Shown here: positions 1 through 10,891 of the stretch, piece by piece
Layout: each line of letters starts with the position of its first letter
Numbering within the stretch: the stretch's first letter is position 1
NCBI GenBank assembly: GCA_900617105.1
Contig: UYFQ01000210.1
Coordinates: forward strand, 1 to 35,838
Direction: 5' to 3'
Length of the DNA stretch: 35,838 nucleotides
From: Hydrurus foetidus
Lineage: Eukaryota
The notes under the pieces: generated by a model
What the model was told of the DNA's origin: nothing
Databases searched by the model: none
What the model saw: only the letters and a program-made list of their open reading frames with translations
Position numbers and translations under genes: made by a program

Positions 1-2014
1 TCCTTTCTTCAAATTCGCGCCAACGAATATCCCTTTTCCTTTTGTTCTCCGCACTGAGCTCAGGAGAGATACCAAAAGCAAAAGGTGTTAATGACATAAA
101 ATCATATTTATTTACAGTGTTGCGACTTAACAAAAGTTCAATATCTGTATTCCGATTAACTCGCAAGGTTAAAAGGATTTTGTGACAGTCGCCATCATAA
201 GAATGAAACTGGAGAGGTATTTATATAGCAATGGCCATCAAGACCAGAGCAAACAGTTATGGCTTTAGGAGCCTCATAACAGAGATGCATAGCATTTAGT
301 TTTTGAATCATTATAAAAGAAATAAAATCTTCTGAATAATTTGCGGTGTCCAACACGGCCTTGCCCACAATGCGTCGTACGCTAGTCTGGTTCTCCAAAT
401 CCTTATCCTGTACCGAAACAGTAACGTTTAAGTAATTAGAAGGAAGGGTAGACGGGTCATGCAAATATTCATCTTGAATAAGCGTTGGAAGTGTATCGAC
501 ATGTGAAATGCACGACACAACATCCGGTAGGTTTAAAATGTCAGATGAATCAACATCATAATCATTTATACCTTGATTTTGTCCCGCTGAATCGGAAGAC
601 GAGGTGGGTCCCCCCTGGGGTGGGTTGTATTTACCCCCACGGGTTTTTTCCCTTGGTAGCCTCTACCAGCATTCTGGTTACCATAACCTTGATTTTGGTT
701 ACCGCGGTTATTACCTTGGTAACCGGAATTACCCTGGTTATTTTGGTTACCCTGGTTATTACCTTGGTTACCGCGGTTATTACCTTGGTTGCCTTGGTTG
801 GGGTTGTTTTGGTTACCCGACCCATGGTTATTCTTTGATTTCTTGTTAGTGAACATCAAGAAAGGAGGGGAACCAGCAGGGTGGTGCCGCTGACGGTTTT
901 CGTAACCAGGAAGGATTAACCTTTCCTGCCACATGGATTCACCGTTGGCTAACCATGCCTGCCCCACAGCTGATTCAGACCATTGAATGGAGTGATCGTT
1001 GTTTGTGTCAGTGTAATATAACACAGGGCATGCAGGAAGCATGTGTGCAGGATTGCCACACGAGCGGCAGACTCGAGGAGCCACTGGGGTACATCCAATG
1101 AGGTACGAACCGCTAGGGTGCTTTTGCCGCTCGGTGGATCCACATCGCGAATCGCGAGTGTACTCTCCCTCTTCTGTGATGCACGTAGAGGGGTACTGCG
1201 GTACTCGGAAACGAGTAGATGAGATCAGGATTGCCGTAGCTCCTGCTCATTCGAATAGCCTCGCGCGCCGCGGAGACGACAGAGATGAGGCGCATCATGG
1301 CGGACTCCCATGTAGGGGTGACTGTGTGTCGACCCTCTTAGACTCAAAGTAGTCTGATTGGATACGACTGCCACGAGCAAGTCGTTTCTCCAAAATCGAT
1401 ATCAACTCCGACTGTTGATTGGGAGTGATACGGCGGGTGCGCTCGTAATTGGTTACCAATTCTTTGTACGCCATGTACGTGCTCAACTCTTCCTCATCGG
1501 AATTTAGTGAGTAATGAAATGGTACCTTAGCGAAAAGTTCCGCGAGGGTATGATCGGCATGGTCTCGTTGTTTATTCGAGCCAAAGTACTGCATGATTAG
1601 TTTTGCAACATAATCAATGTCAAGTAGATTCTGCCATTCGAACCTCTGTTCTATTGTCAGAGACGAAGGGGCGGCGTCTGTCATAATCTTGACGTGGAGC
1701 AAGTCAATCGCTTGACGTTGCATGCATTCATTAATGCGTAAGCGAGGCAGCCGCTGAGCTTGCTCAAAGAAGCTCTCAGCGTCTTGCGGAGTGATGTAAT
1801 CGCCTTTTAGGACGAATATCTCTCGCTGCATCTGCATAGTCTGTGGAAACAGAATAGTCTGCGCCACCGAAGACTGTGAGGTTTGGGTGGCATTTAAAAT
1901 ACCCCCGTCCTCTTCTAGCACTTCCTCTTCCTCAGTGTCAACAACTGGAGGATGTTCGATGAGGTTACCCTCATCGTCGTAACGAGGATAAGATGCTTCT
2001 TCGTCATCGGCCAT
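1..2014 (-). pseudogene. gag-protease, frameshifted (ORF pieces 1295-2014, 566-1084, 195-518)
   Basis: Same protein as 5227-7950 but broken by indels, mostly homopolymer-length differences, plus a small deletion near 217. Confidence 0.85.
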
Positions 2015-2587
2015 GGTATATGACTTCGAGACGTTATAATTCCGTCAAAGTCTAAGCAACGAAGGGATCTCGGCGTCAAAATTTTTTGCGAGAGCTTCGC
2101 TTCGTTCGCTTATTGTGTACTTTACGCAAGTAACAGCGAATAAGTCGATTTCAACCAACTCTTGTCGAGAAAATCTCTTAGGCGTGAAAGCCAATTTTTG
2201 AGTGGTGAAAATTTTTGGTGTCCGTAAAGGATGAAGGAAGTAATTCCCACCAGCCAAAAGAAGTCGTTAGACTAATTTGGTGTCGTTAGCAATGAATCCA
2301 ATGTTCAAATTGCAATTCGACGAGTTTGAGAATGTCGAGTGGTGAAGGCTTTCGCGAATTCAACCAACTACGAACTTTGGAGACACCAATAATGGGTTCC
2401 AAGAGGAAAGAGGCTAAGCCCAACTTTCGCTAACTTAAACTAAGTTCTTGGAGCATAGCTCAGCAAGAATTCGACTCCGAAGATGTCGTGAGTAATAATA
2501 CTCAGGTGGTGGAAGTCGTAACTAAAGTTGGGACGAGTAGAGGGGAATTAGAGGCAGCAGAAAATTTCCCGAGGATAATAGCGCTAT

Positions 2588-2795
2588 TGTGGTCGGGCAA
2601 ATGGAGAAAGGGGGGCGAGAGGAGGTAGGCTTAGTTACAGGAGTCTAGGCTAGAAGCTAGTTAACTTCTAAGTGGACGCTGCAGATGGCTACGACGATAC
2701 TACAGCCTAACTGTAGTGTACAGTAGTAGTACCCGGTAGGATCCGGTAGGATCGGTACCCGGTAGGATCGGGACCCTGGACCCGGTACTATCACA
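2588..2795 (-). repeat. 5' LTR of gypsy family 1, copy A (208 bp, TGTG...CACA)
   Basis: TG...CA ends with 4-bp inverted termini; motif blocks shared with the LTR at 27703-27920; has one extra 16-bp internal repeat versus copy B. Partner LTR not in window. Confidence 0.7.
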
Positions 2796-4764
2796 CTGCA
2801 ATGGAATATATACGAATTGCTAGAGTGTAATTGTTCAGGAGTAGATAACATTTAGGTGCACCTCTTGATTGTTCGCGACCACTTTCTCGAGGACCACTAT
2901 CTTCTCGAGTAGTACCGGTATTAGCGTCTCTCCTGTATTCAGACTTGCCTCCATATTCGACTCATTGAAGCTTTCTTTGACCGCTTTCCCCCACTCCAAT
3001 AGCTCTTTTAAAGAGATGTCACATTCATTTGCCTTGTCCATCAGTATTGTCAGTAGCTCATGCCTCGGGTACTTGCTTCGCATCTCAGGCAGGTACATCA
3101 GGACAGTGGCAAACATGCACAGTGCGAGAGGCCATAACTTGCCATTCGCGTTCATGTCGGGGAATGCGAAGTGGAATAGTTTCACGACAAGATTGCCGAT
3201 TCGGGTCGTATTGCGTGAGTCCAAGAAACAACACTCCGGTTGGTGCACAGTCGAGTGTGAGTCTCTCCAACCAGCTAGCGCTCGACCGGCGCATGATATT
3301 GGGTATTGAATCCCTTCTATATAGATGAATAATCTGCTGATACATTTTGCCTCCTATCCGCCCCGGAGGAGAATGTCGATGAATCTTGTTGTCTTGTGGG
3401 AAGACAAGATACTCGCCGCTCCGACTCTGATACATATAGCTTAGTTTAGTGCTGTGCACACCTTGACATTAATTTGAAACAGTTCAACATATCTCAATGA
3501 AGTCCCCTCGTAGTCTTTACAGCTCTCAGCAATCGATATGTCTGTGCAATCTGCCAAGGCCTCTCTGATATACTTTGTGACAAGTGACGATGCAGAATCC
3601 AGATTCATAGCAAGGTCTGGAAGTATCCAATTAGACGGGGTTCCTTAGCTAAGTTTCAAATTTCTACCACCCATGATCAAATAAGATGCGATTGCGTAAT
3701 GAAAGTCAATCTCCATCGAGGAAACGTCGGAGAAGAAGTTCATGGGGTCCGAGTCCCCTTAGAATTTCGCGGTTAGAACAAGAGCGATCAGTGAATTAGT
3801 GATTTAGGTTAGTTTCTACAAGAGTTCAAGATTTCCGCACACCAGTCTTTTTTTCGTTCAAATTTATCAAAAGGTTCCCAAGTTGCCGATTCCAAATGGT
3901 AGATGTCCAAGTAGACAAAGCCGACTCCCCAGATCTTCCAACCGCGAGAAATGTCATAACTACCGCGAGACGTCGCTTCATTGCCTCTGCAGTACCCGTA
4001 GACATCAACGTTTGGTTGATAGAAAGTAGCAAACTCCGAAGAATAGCTTCAGAGCACTCCGACACAGCAAAACCATTGATCATTTGCCGACGACTGATGT
4101 TAGTCTCGATGGCAAGACGCAGATTAGGATACCACGTATCGAGGGACTTCTCGATCCAAAAAGGGTTTGTCGCGAACTTTTCTGTGCATGCTCCTTTAAT
4201 GCTGATAGACACTGTATCGCTGTCCCAGGCATCAACAATAATTCAGTGCATTTCCTTTTTGCATTCTCTGCCAGGTACGCAGCGAACTCTTTGAAAAATT
4301 CCTGCTTGCAGATTTCACTCTCGGACAGCCTTCCAAGAGAAGTGATTCCTTTAGTATCCAAACCAATCTGTTTGTTGGAGCAGAAAATATCTGCATGCCT
4401 TAATGCAGCAACTCTGCCAGCCTCTGTTGACTTGGACGAACCACATGTAGCCATGGCTTTGTAGATTACAGGAACGATTGCGGCCATCGGCAAGAATAGG
4501 TTCTTTCGCAGTGCTCTTCGTACTGAATTTTTTGCTACAGCGCTGTTGCATGAGCTTCATACTAATCTTAATTGCCGCACTTCGCAGCAGTGCTGAACAT
4601 TGATGACGTGATCGTAAGGCATCGTCAGGAGGGAGATCTTGAAATTTCCCACCATCCCTTTGGGGGACAGTGGGAAGTCATAGGAAATTTATTCAGAAAA
4701 AGAAATGCCGTGACTTTTACGTGAGTTTTTTTGTTTTTTTGTTGCACGCGCGCGGTATACCATA
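2796..4764 (-). mobile_element. Crypton-type tyrosine-recombinase transposon remnant, copy A
   Basis: Contains YR pseudogene; candidate terminus TATGG at 4760-4764 (-); 3' part interrupted by the gypsy LTR. Confidence 0.75.
2862..4487 (-). pseudogene. Crypton-like tyrosine recombinase, intron-containing, disabled (copy A)
   Basis: Reconstructed motifs AVGRSGE, EKKTG, GTSLRVGA, RGG*(W), LFIYI, GRALAGW; one frameshift, two in-frame stops, one apparently mutated splice donor. Confidence 0.8.
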
Positions 4765-4959
4765 GTACGCATGCAATCAACCACCTCTTGAGTTTCCACG
4801 AATCTCTCTCACTTCGTCGTCCGTTAACTAGAACATACCTGTAAACCACAACAGCTCGCTGCTCGGCACGTAGAGGCGCCTTCCGAGAGCTCAGTAACTC
4901 CTATGCAACGTGTCGTAATCTAGCGCACCATAGATTGCAGATCTTTAAAACAGTGAATA

Positions 4960-5246
4960 ATGGTGGCCAGTGGACACCTCAGGACGTCGCCTCTCAGCGA
5001 TGATGACTCAGACTTCTCTGATTTTGAGCCCGATGAAGCAGATTTAGAGAGTGAAACTGTAAATAATAATTGGCTGGACGAGGTGGATGAGGTTGTTGAA
5101 GTGGTGCCATCGTCTCCCTCACCGAAATGCTCTTTTGCTGACATGCTAAAAGGGAAAACGGTCCATCAAAGAGCATACGTCACGAATAACAGTGGACTGT
5201 ATCATGCACTCTGTTCCGTTGAAGACTTAGAGTTCGCTAATTTGGT
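4960..5246 (+). pseudogene. Truncated duplicate of exon 1 of the cNMP-kinase-REC-PP2C gene
   Basis: First ~95 aa identical to the protein starting at 10892, then runs into antisense gypsy and stops at 5265. Confidence 0.85.
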
Positions 5247-7950
5247 GTGCAGCTTGCGGGGCTAGCTTATCACTGAAAATATCAGCAAATTCTGAACAGA
5301 GAGTACGCAAATTCTTCTGAAGGCTTTCATCTCCCTCAAAATGGATTTGTGACAAAAAATCATCCGGCCCATTGGGCGGTACATTTCGGCACGTCTTGTC
5401 ACGCAAGAAAGGTGCGAAGGTGTCAGTCTTGTCATTGTCAATCTCGTCAACGGAGAGTGCGACACCGCTTGGCCATACGGCTTCCACGTCATAGTCTGAT
5501 GTAACAGAGTCCCCAGAGGTATGTGTGAGGGTGGGAATCGAGTCACCACCTAGGTGCGGGGTATCACCCGTACGTTTTGCGAGTCTAGTCGTGACACTAG
5601 CCAGTCGCTCACAACCCACATCACCACATGGACTTTGGGTCATGACTCCCTCGGAACCAACCTGGGTAACGCTACACGTGAACGTTGCATGACAACCTGA
5701 CCCCACGACTTTCCTGGTTAAAGGTGCGTGCAAAATGGCCTTCTTCGGTTTTGGCTTTGGGCAAAGGCCGTATGGTTCTCTTTTCAGAGCGAGTTTCGTC
5801 TGTGTGATTCCCTTCAACAAGTCATATGTTGGGGTAATCGACTCTACCTCTGGTTCTTCGGGTTGGAATCCCTCCGATATCATACGCCTGGTGTATTTGC
5901 TCCAGTGAAGTGGGTCGAGCTTTGTTATTGCTTCCCTTTCTTCAAATTCGCGCCAACGAATATCCCTTTTCCTTTTGTTCTCCGCACTGAGCTCAGGAGA
6001 GATACCAAAAGCAAAAGGTGTTAATGACATAAAATCATATTTATTTACAGTGTTGCGACTTAACAAAAGTTCAATATCTGTATTCCGATTAACTCGCAAG
6101 GTTAAAAGGATTTTGTGACATTCGCCATCATAAGAATGAAACTGGAGAGTCAAAATAATAATTTCGTTATTTATATAGCAATGGCCATCAAGACCAGAGC
6201 AAACAGTTATGGCTTTAGGAGCCTCATAACAGAGATGCATAGCATTTAGTTTTTGAATCATTATAAAAGAAATAAAATCTTCTGAATAATTTGCGGTGTC
6301 CAACACGGTCTTGCCCACAATGCGTCGTACGCTAGTCTGGTTCTTCAAATCCTTATCCTGTACCGAAACAGTAACGTTTAAGTAGTTAGAAGGAAGGGTA
6401 GACGGGTCATGCAAATATTCATCTTGAATAAGCGTTGGAAGTGTATCGACATGTGAAGTGCACGACACAACATCCGGTAGGTGTAAAATGTCAGATGAAT
6501 CAACATCATAATCATTTATACCTTGATTTTGTCCCGCTGAAGAGGAAGACGAGGTGGGGCCCCCCTGGGGTGGGTTGTATTTACCCCCACGGGTTTTTTT
6601 CCCTTGGTAACCTCTACCAGCATTCTGGTTACCATAACCTTGATTTTGGTTACCGCGGTTGTTACCTTGGTTCCCTTGGTTACCCTGGTTATTTCCTTGG
6701 TTACCGCGGTTATTACCTTGGTTGCCTTGGTTGGGGTTGTTTTGGTTACCCGACCCATGGTTATTCTTTGATTTCTTGTTAGTGAACATCAAGAAGGGAG
6801 GGGAACCAGCAGGGTGGTGCCGCTGTCGGTTTTCGTAACCAGGCAGGATTAACCTTTCCTGCCACATGGATTCACCGTTGGCTAACCATGCCTGCCCCAC
6901 AGCTGATTCAGACCATTGAATGGAGTGATCGTTGTTTGTGTCAGTGTAATATAACACAGGGCATGCGGGAAGCATGTGTGCAGGATTGCCACACGAGCGG
7001 CAGACTCGAGGAGCCACTGGGGGTACATCCAATGAGGTACGAACCGCTAGGGTGCTTTTGCCGCTCGGTGGATCCACATCGCGAATCGCGAGTGTACTCT
7101 CCCTCTTCTGTGATGCACGTAGAGGGGGTACTGCGGTACTCGGAAACGAGTAGATGAGATCAGGATTGCCGTAGCTCCTGCTCATTCGAATAGCCTCGCG
7201 CGCCGCGGAGACGACGGAGATGAGGCGCATCATGGCGGACTCCCATGTAGGGGGTGACTGTGTGTCGACCCTCTTAGACTCAAAGTAGTCTGATTGGATA
7301 CGACTGCCACGAGCAAGTCGTTTCTCCAAAATCGATATCAACTCCGACTGTTGATTGGGAGTGATACGGCGGGTGCGCTCGTAATTGGTTACCAATTCTT
7401 TGTACGCCATGTACGTGCTCAACTCTTCCTCATCGGAATTTAGTGAGTAATGAAATGGTACCTTAGCGAAAAGTTCCGCGAGGGTATGGTCGGCATGGTC
7501 TCGTTGTTTATTCGAGCCAAAGTACTGCATGATTAGTTTTGCAACATAATCAATGTCAAGTATATTCTGCCAGTCGAACCTCTGTTCTATTGTCAGAGAC
7601 GAAGGGGCGGCGTCTGTCATAATCTTGACGTGGAGCAAGTCAATCGCTTGACGTTGCATGCATTCATTAATGCGTAAGCGAGGCAGCCGCTGAGCTTGCT
7701 CAAAGAAGCTCTCAGCGTCTTGCGGAGTGATGTAATCGCCTTTGAGGACGAATATCTCTCGCTGCATCTGCATAGTCTGTGGAAACAGAATAGTCTGTGC
7801 CACCGAAGACTGTGAGGTTTGGGTGGCATTTAAAATACCCCCGTCCTCTTCTAGCGTTTCCTCTTCCTCAGTGTCAACAACTGGAGGATGTTCGATGAGG
7901 TTACCCTCATCGTCGTAACGAGGATAAGATGCTTCGTCGTCATCGGCCAT
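5227..7950 (-). CDS. Gag-protease polyprotein (907 aa; last residues read from host sequence across the junction)
   Basis: Acidic N-terminus, CX2CX4HX4C knuckle, N/Q/G-rich repeats, aspartic protease-like LDTA, long spacer up to the RT-proximal region. Confidence 0.88.
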   Translation of the reverse strand: MADDDEASYPRYDDEGNLIEHPPVVDTEEEETLEEDGGILNATQTSQSSVAQTILFPQTMQMQREIFVLKGDYITPQDAESFFEQAQRLPRLRINECMQRQAIDLLHVKIMTDAAPSSLTIEQRFDWQNILDIDYVAKLIMQYFGSNKQRDHADHTLAELFAKVPFHYSLNSDEEELSTYMAYKELVTNYERTRRITPNQQSELISILEKRLARGSRIQSDYFESKRVDTQSPPTWESAMMRLISVVSAAREAIRMSRSYGNPDLIYSFPSTAVPPLRASQKRESTLAIRDVDPPSGKSTLAVRTSLDVPPVAPRVCRSCGNPAHMLPACPVLYYTDTNNDHSIQWSESAVGQAWLANGESMWQERLILPGYENRQRHHPAGSPPFLMFTNKKSKNNHGSGNQNNPNQGNQGNNRGNQGNNQGNQGNQGNNRGNQNQGYGNQNAGRGYQGKKTRGGKYNPPQGGPTSSSSSAGQNQGINDYDVDSSDILHLPDVVSCTSHVDTLPTLIQDEYLHDPSTLPSNYLNVTVSVQDKDLKNQTSVRRIVGKTVLDTANYSEDFISFIMIQKLNAMHLCYEAPKAITVCSGLDGHCYINNEIIILTLQFHSYDGECHKILLTLRVNRNTDIELLLSRNTVNKYDFMSLTPFAFGISPELSAENKRKRDIRWREFEEREAITKLDPLHWSKYTRRMISEGFQPEEPEVESITPTYDLLKGITQTKLALKREPYGLCPKPKPKKAILHAPLTRKVVGSGCHATFTCSVTQVGSEGVMTQSPCGDVGCERLASVTTRLAKRTGDTPHLGGDSIPTLTHTSGDSVTSDYDVEAVWPSGVALSVDEIDNDKTDTFAPFLRDKTCRNVPPNGPDDFLSQIHFEGDESLQKNLRTLCSEFADIFSDKLAPQAAHQISEL

Positions 7951-8716
7951 GGTATATGACTTCGAGACGTTATAATTCCGTCAAAGTCTAAGCAACGAAG
8001 GGATCTCGGCGTCAAAAAATTTTTGCCAGAGCTTCGCCTTGTTAGCTTTGAGGGTACTTTACGCAAGTAACAGCGAATAAGTCGATTTCAACCAACTCTT
8101 GTTGAGAAAATCTCTTAGGCGTGAAAGCCAATTTTTGAGTGGTGAAAATTTTTGGTGTCCGTAAAGGATGAAGGAAGTAATTCCCACCAGCCAAAAGAAG
8201 TCGTTAGACTAATTTGGTGTCGTTAGCAATGAATCCAATGTTCAAATTGCAATTCGACGAGTTTGAGAATGTCGAGTGGTGAAGGCTTTCGCGAATTCAA
8301 CCAACTACGAACTTTGGAGACACCAATAATGGGTTCCAAGAGGAAAGAGGCTAAGCCCAACTTTCGCTAACTTAAACTAAGTTCTTGGAGCGTAGCTCAG
8401 CAAGAATTCGACTCCGCAGATGTCGTGAGTAATAATACTCAGGTGGTGGAAGTCGTAACTAAAGTTGGGACGAGTAGAGGGGAATTAGAGGCAGCAGAAA
8501 ATTTCCCGAGGATAATAGCGCTATTGTGGTCGGGCAAATGGAGAAAGGGGGGCGAGAGGAGGTAGGCTTAGTTACAGGAGTCTAGGCTAGAAGCTAGTTA
8601 ACTTCTAAGTGGACGCTGCAGATGGCTACGACGATACTACAGCCTAACTGTAGTGTACAGTAGTAGTACCCGGTAGGATCCGGTAGGATCGGGACCCTGG
8701 ACCCGGTACTATCACA
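5247..8716 (-). mobile_element. Ty3/gypsy LTR retrotransposon family 1, copy B, truncated just before RT
   Basis: LTR + leader + gag-protease ORF; ends at CSEFADIFSDKLAPQAA, homologous to CLEFRDLFSNKIATLPA that precedes RT in the second element. Confidence 0.92.
8525..8716 (-). repeat. 5' LTR of gypsy family 1, copy B (192 bp, TGTG...CACA)
   Basis: As copy A; immediately followed by palindrome AATAGCGCTATT (8514-8525). Confidence 0.7.
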
Positions 8717-10696
8717 CTGCAATGGAATATATACGAATTGCTAGAGTGTAATTGTTCAGGAGTAGATAACATTTAGGTGCACCTCTTGATTGTTCGCGAC
8801 CACTTTCTCGAGGACCACTATCTTCTCGAGTAGTACCGGTATTAGCGTCTCTCCTGTATTCAGACTTGCCTCCATATTCGACTCATTGAAGCTTTCTTTG
8901 GCCGCTTTCCCCCACTCCAATAGCTCTTTTAAAGAGATGTCGCATTCATTTGCCTTGTCCATCAGTATTGTCAGTAGCTCATGCCTCGGGTACTTGCTTC
9001 GCATCTCAGGCAGGTACATCAGGACAGTGGCAAACATGCACAGTGCGAGAGGCCATAACTTGCCATTCGCGTTCATGTCGGGGAATGCGAAGTGGAATAG
9101 TTTCACGACAAGATTGCCGATTCGGGTCGTATTGCGTGAGTCCAAGAAACAACACTCCGGTTGGTGCACAGTCGAGTGTGAGTCTCTCCAACCAGCTAGC
9201 GCTCGACCGGCGCATGATATTAGGTATTGAATCCCTTCTATATAGATGAATAATCTGCTGATACATTTTGCCTCCTATCCGCCCCGGAGGAGAATGTCGA
9301 TGAATCTTGTTGTCTTGTGGGAAGACAAGATACTCGCCGCTCCGACTCTGATACATATAGCTTAGTTTAGTGCTGTGCACACCTTGACATTAATTTGAAA
9401 CAGTTCAACATATCTCAATGAAGTCCCCTCGTAGTCTTTACAGCTCTCAGCAATCGATATGTCTGTGCAATCTGCCAAGGCCTCTCTGTTATACTTGGTG
9501 ACAAGTGACGATGCAGAATCCAGATTCATAGCAAGGTCTGGAAGTATCCAATTAGACGGGGTTCCTTAGCTAAGTTTCAAATTTCTACCACCCATGATCA
9601 AATAAGATGCGATTGCGTAATGAAAGTCAATCTCCATCGAGGAAACGTCGGAGAAGAAGTTAATGGGGTCCGAGTCCCCCTTAGAATTTCGCGGTTAGAA
9701 CAAGAGCGATCAGTGAATTAGTGATTTAGGTTAGTTTCTACAAGAGTTCAAGATTTCCGCACACCAGTCTTTTTTTCGTTCAAATTTATCAAAAGGTTCC
9801 CAAGTTGCCGATTCCAAATGGTAGATGTCCAAGTAGACAAAGCCGACTCCCCAGATCTTCCAACCGCGAGAAATGTCATAACTACCGCGAGACGTCGCTT
9901 CATTGCCTCTGCAGTACCCGTAGACATCAACGTTTGGTTGATAGAAAGTAGCAAACTCCGAAGAATAGCTTCAGAGCACTCCGACACAGCAAAACCATTG
10001 ATCATTTGCCGACGACTGATGTTAGTCTCGATGGCAAGACGCAGATTAGGATACCACGTATCGAGGGACTTCTCGATCCAAAAAGGGTTTGTCGCGAACT
10101 TTTCTGTGCATGCTCCTTTAATGCTGATAGACACTGTATCGCTGTCCCAGGCATCAACAATAATTCAGTGCATTTCCTTTTTGCATTCTCTGCCAGGTAC
10201 GCAGCGAACTCTTTGAAAAATTCCTGCTTGCAGATTTCACTCTCGGACAGCCTTCCAAGAGAAGTGATTCCTTTAGTATCCAAACCAATCTGTTTGTTGG
10301 AGCAGAAAATATCTGCATGCCTTAATGCAGCAACTCTGCCAGCCTCTGTTGACTTGGACGAACCACATGTAGCCATGGCTTTGTAGATTACAGGAACGAT
10401 TGCGGCCATCGGCAAGAATAGGTTCTTTCGCAGTGCTCTTCGTACTGAATTTTTTGCTACAGCGCTGTTGCATGAGCTTCATACTAATCTTAATTGCCGC
10501 ACTTCGCAGCAGTGCTGAACATTGATGACGTGATCGTAAGGCATCGTCAGGAGGGAGATCTTGAAATTTCCCACCATCCCTTTGGGGGACAGTGGGACTC
10601 GGACACCAGTCATAGGAATTTTATTCAGAAAAAGAAATGTCGTGACTTTTACGTGAGTTTTTTTGTTTTTTTGTTGCACGCGCGCGGTTTACCATA
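8717..10696 (-). mobile_element. Crypton-type transposon remnant, copy B
   Basis: Near-identical to 2796-4764; candidate TATGG terminus at 10692-10696. Confidence 0.75.
8783..10409 (-). pseudogene. Crypton-like tyrosine recombinase, disabled (copy B)
   Basis: Same motifs and same disabling lesions as copy A (e.g. TAG in place of the RGGW Trp at 9275-9277). Confidence 0.8.
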
Positions 10697-10891
10697 GTAC
10701 GCATGCAATCAACCACCTCTTGAGTTTCCATGAATCTCTCTCACTTCGTCGTCCGTTAACTAGAACATACCTGTAAACCACAACAGCTCGCTGCTCGGCA
10801 CGTAGAGGCGCCTTCCGAGAGCTCAGTAACTCCTATGCAACGTGTCGTAATCTAGCGCACCATAGATTGCAGATCTTTAAAACAGTGAATA

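Larger units (their letters stand above)
1..2795 (-). mobile_element. Ty3/gypsy LTR retrotransposon family 1, copy A (5' LTR, leader, gag-protease; continues off window)
   Basis: Zinc knuckle CRSCGNPAHMLPAC, protease motif VLDTAN, homology to the gypsy element at 27703-35838. Confidence 0.9.
1..5246. repeat. Tandem duplication copy A (5'-truncated by window edge)
   Basis: Position 1 aligns to 5934 and identity runs to 5246/11178 (...gctaatttggt), offset ~5932; scattered SNPs and indels. Confidence 0.97.

Noticed and set aside
485..849. Plus-strand hydrophobic and GY-rich ORFs
   Set aside because: Antisense shadows of the gag NQG repeat
2730..2790. CRISPR-like or iteron-like short repeats
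   Set aside because: Spacerless tandem repeats inside the LTR in a eukaryotic context; no cas genes
5237..5248. Junction 12-mer CTAATTTGGTGT also present in the gypsy leader (~8209-8220)
   Set aside because: It is formed from two joined sequences and I see no mechanism; treated as coincidence
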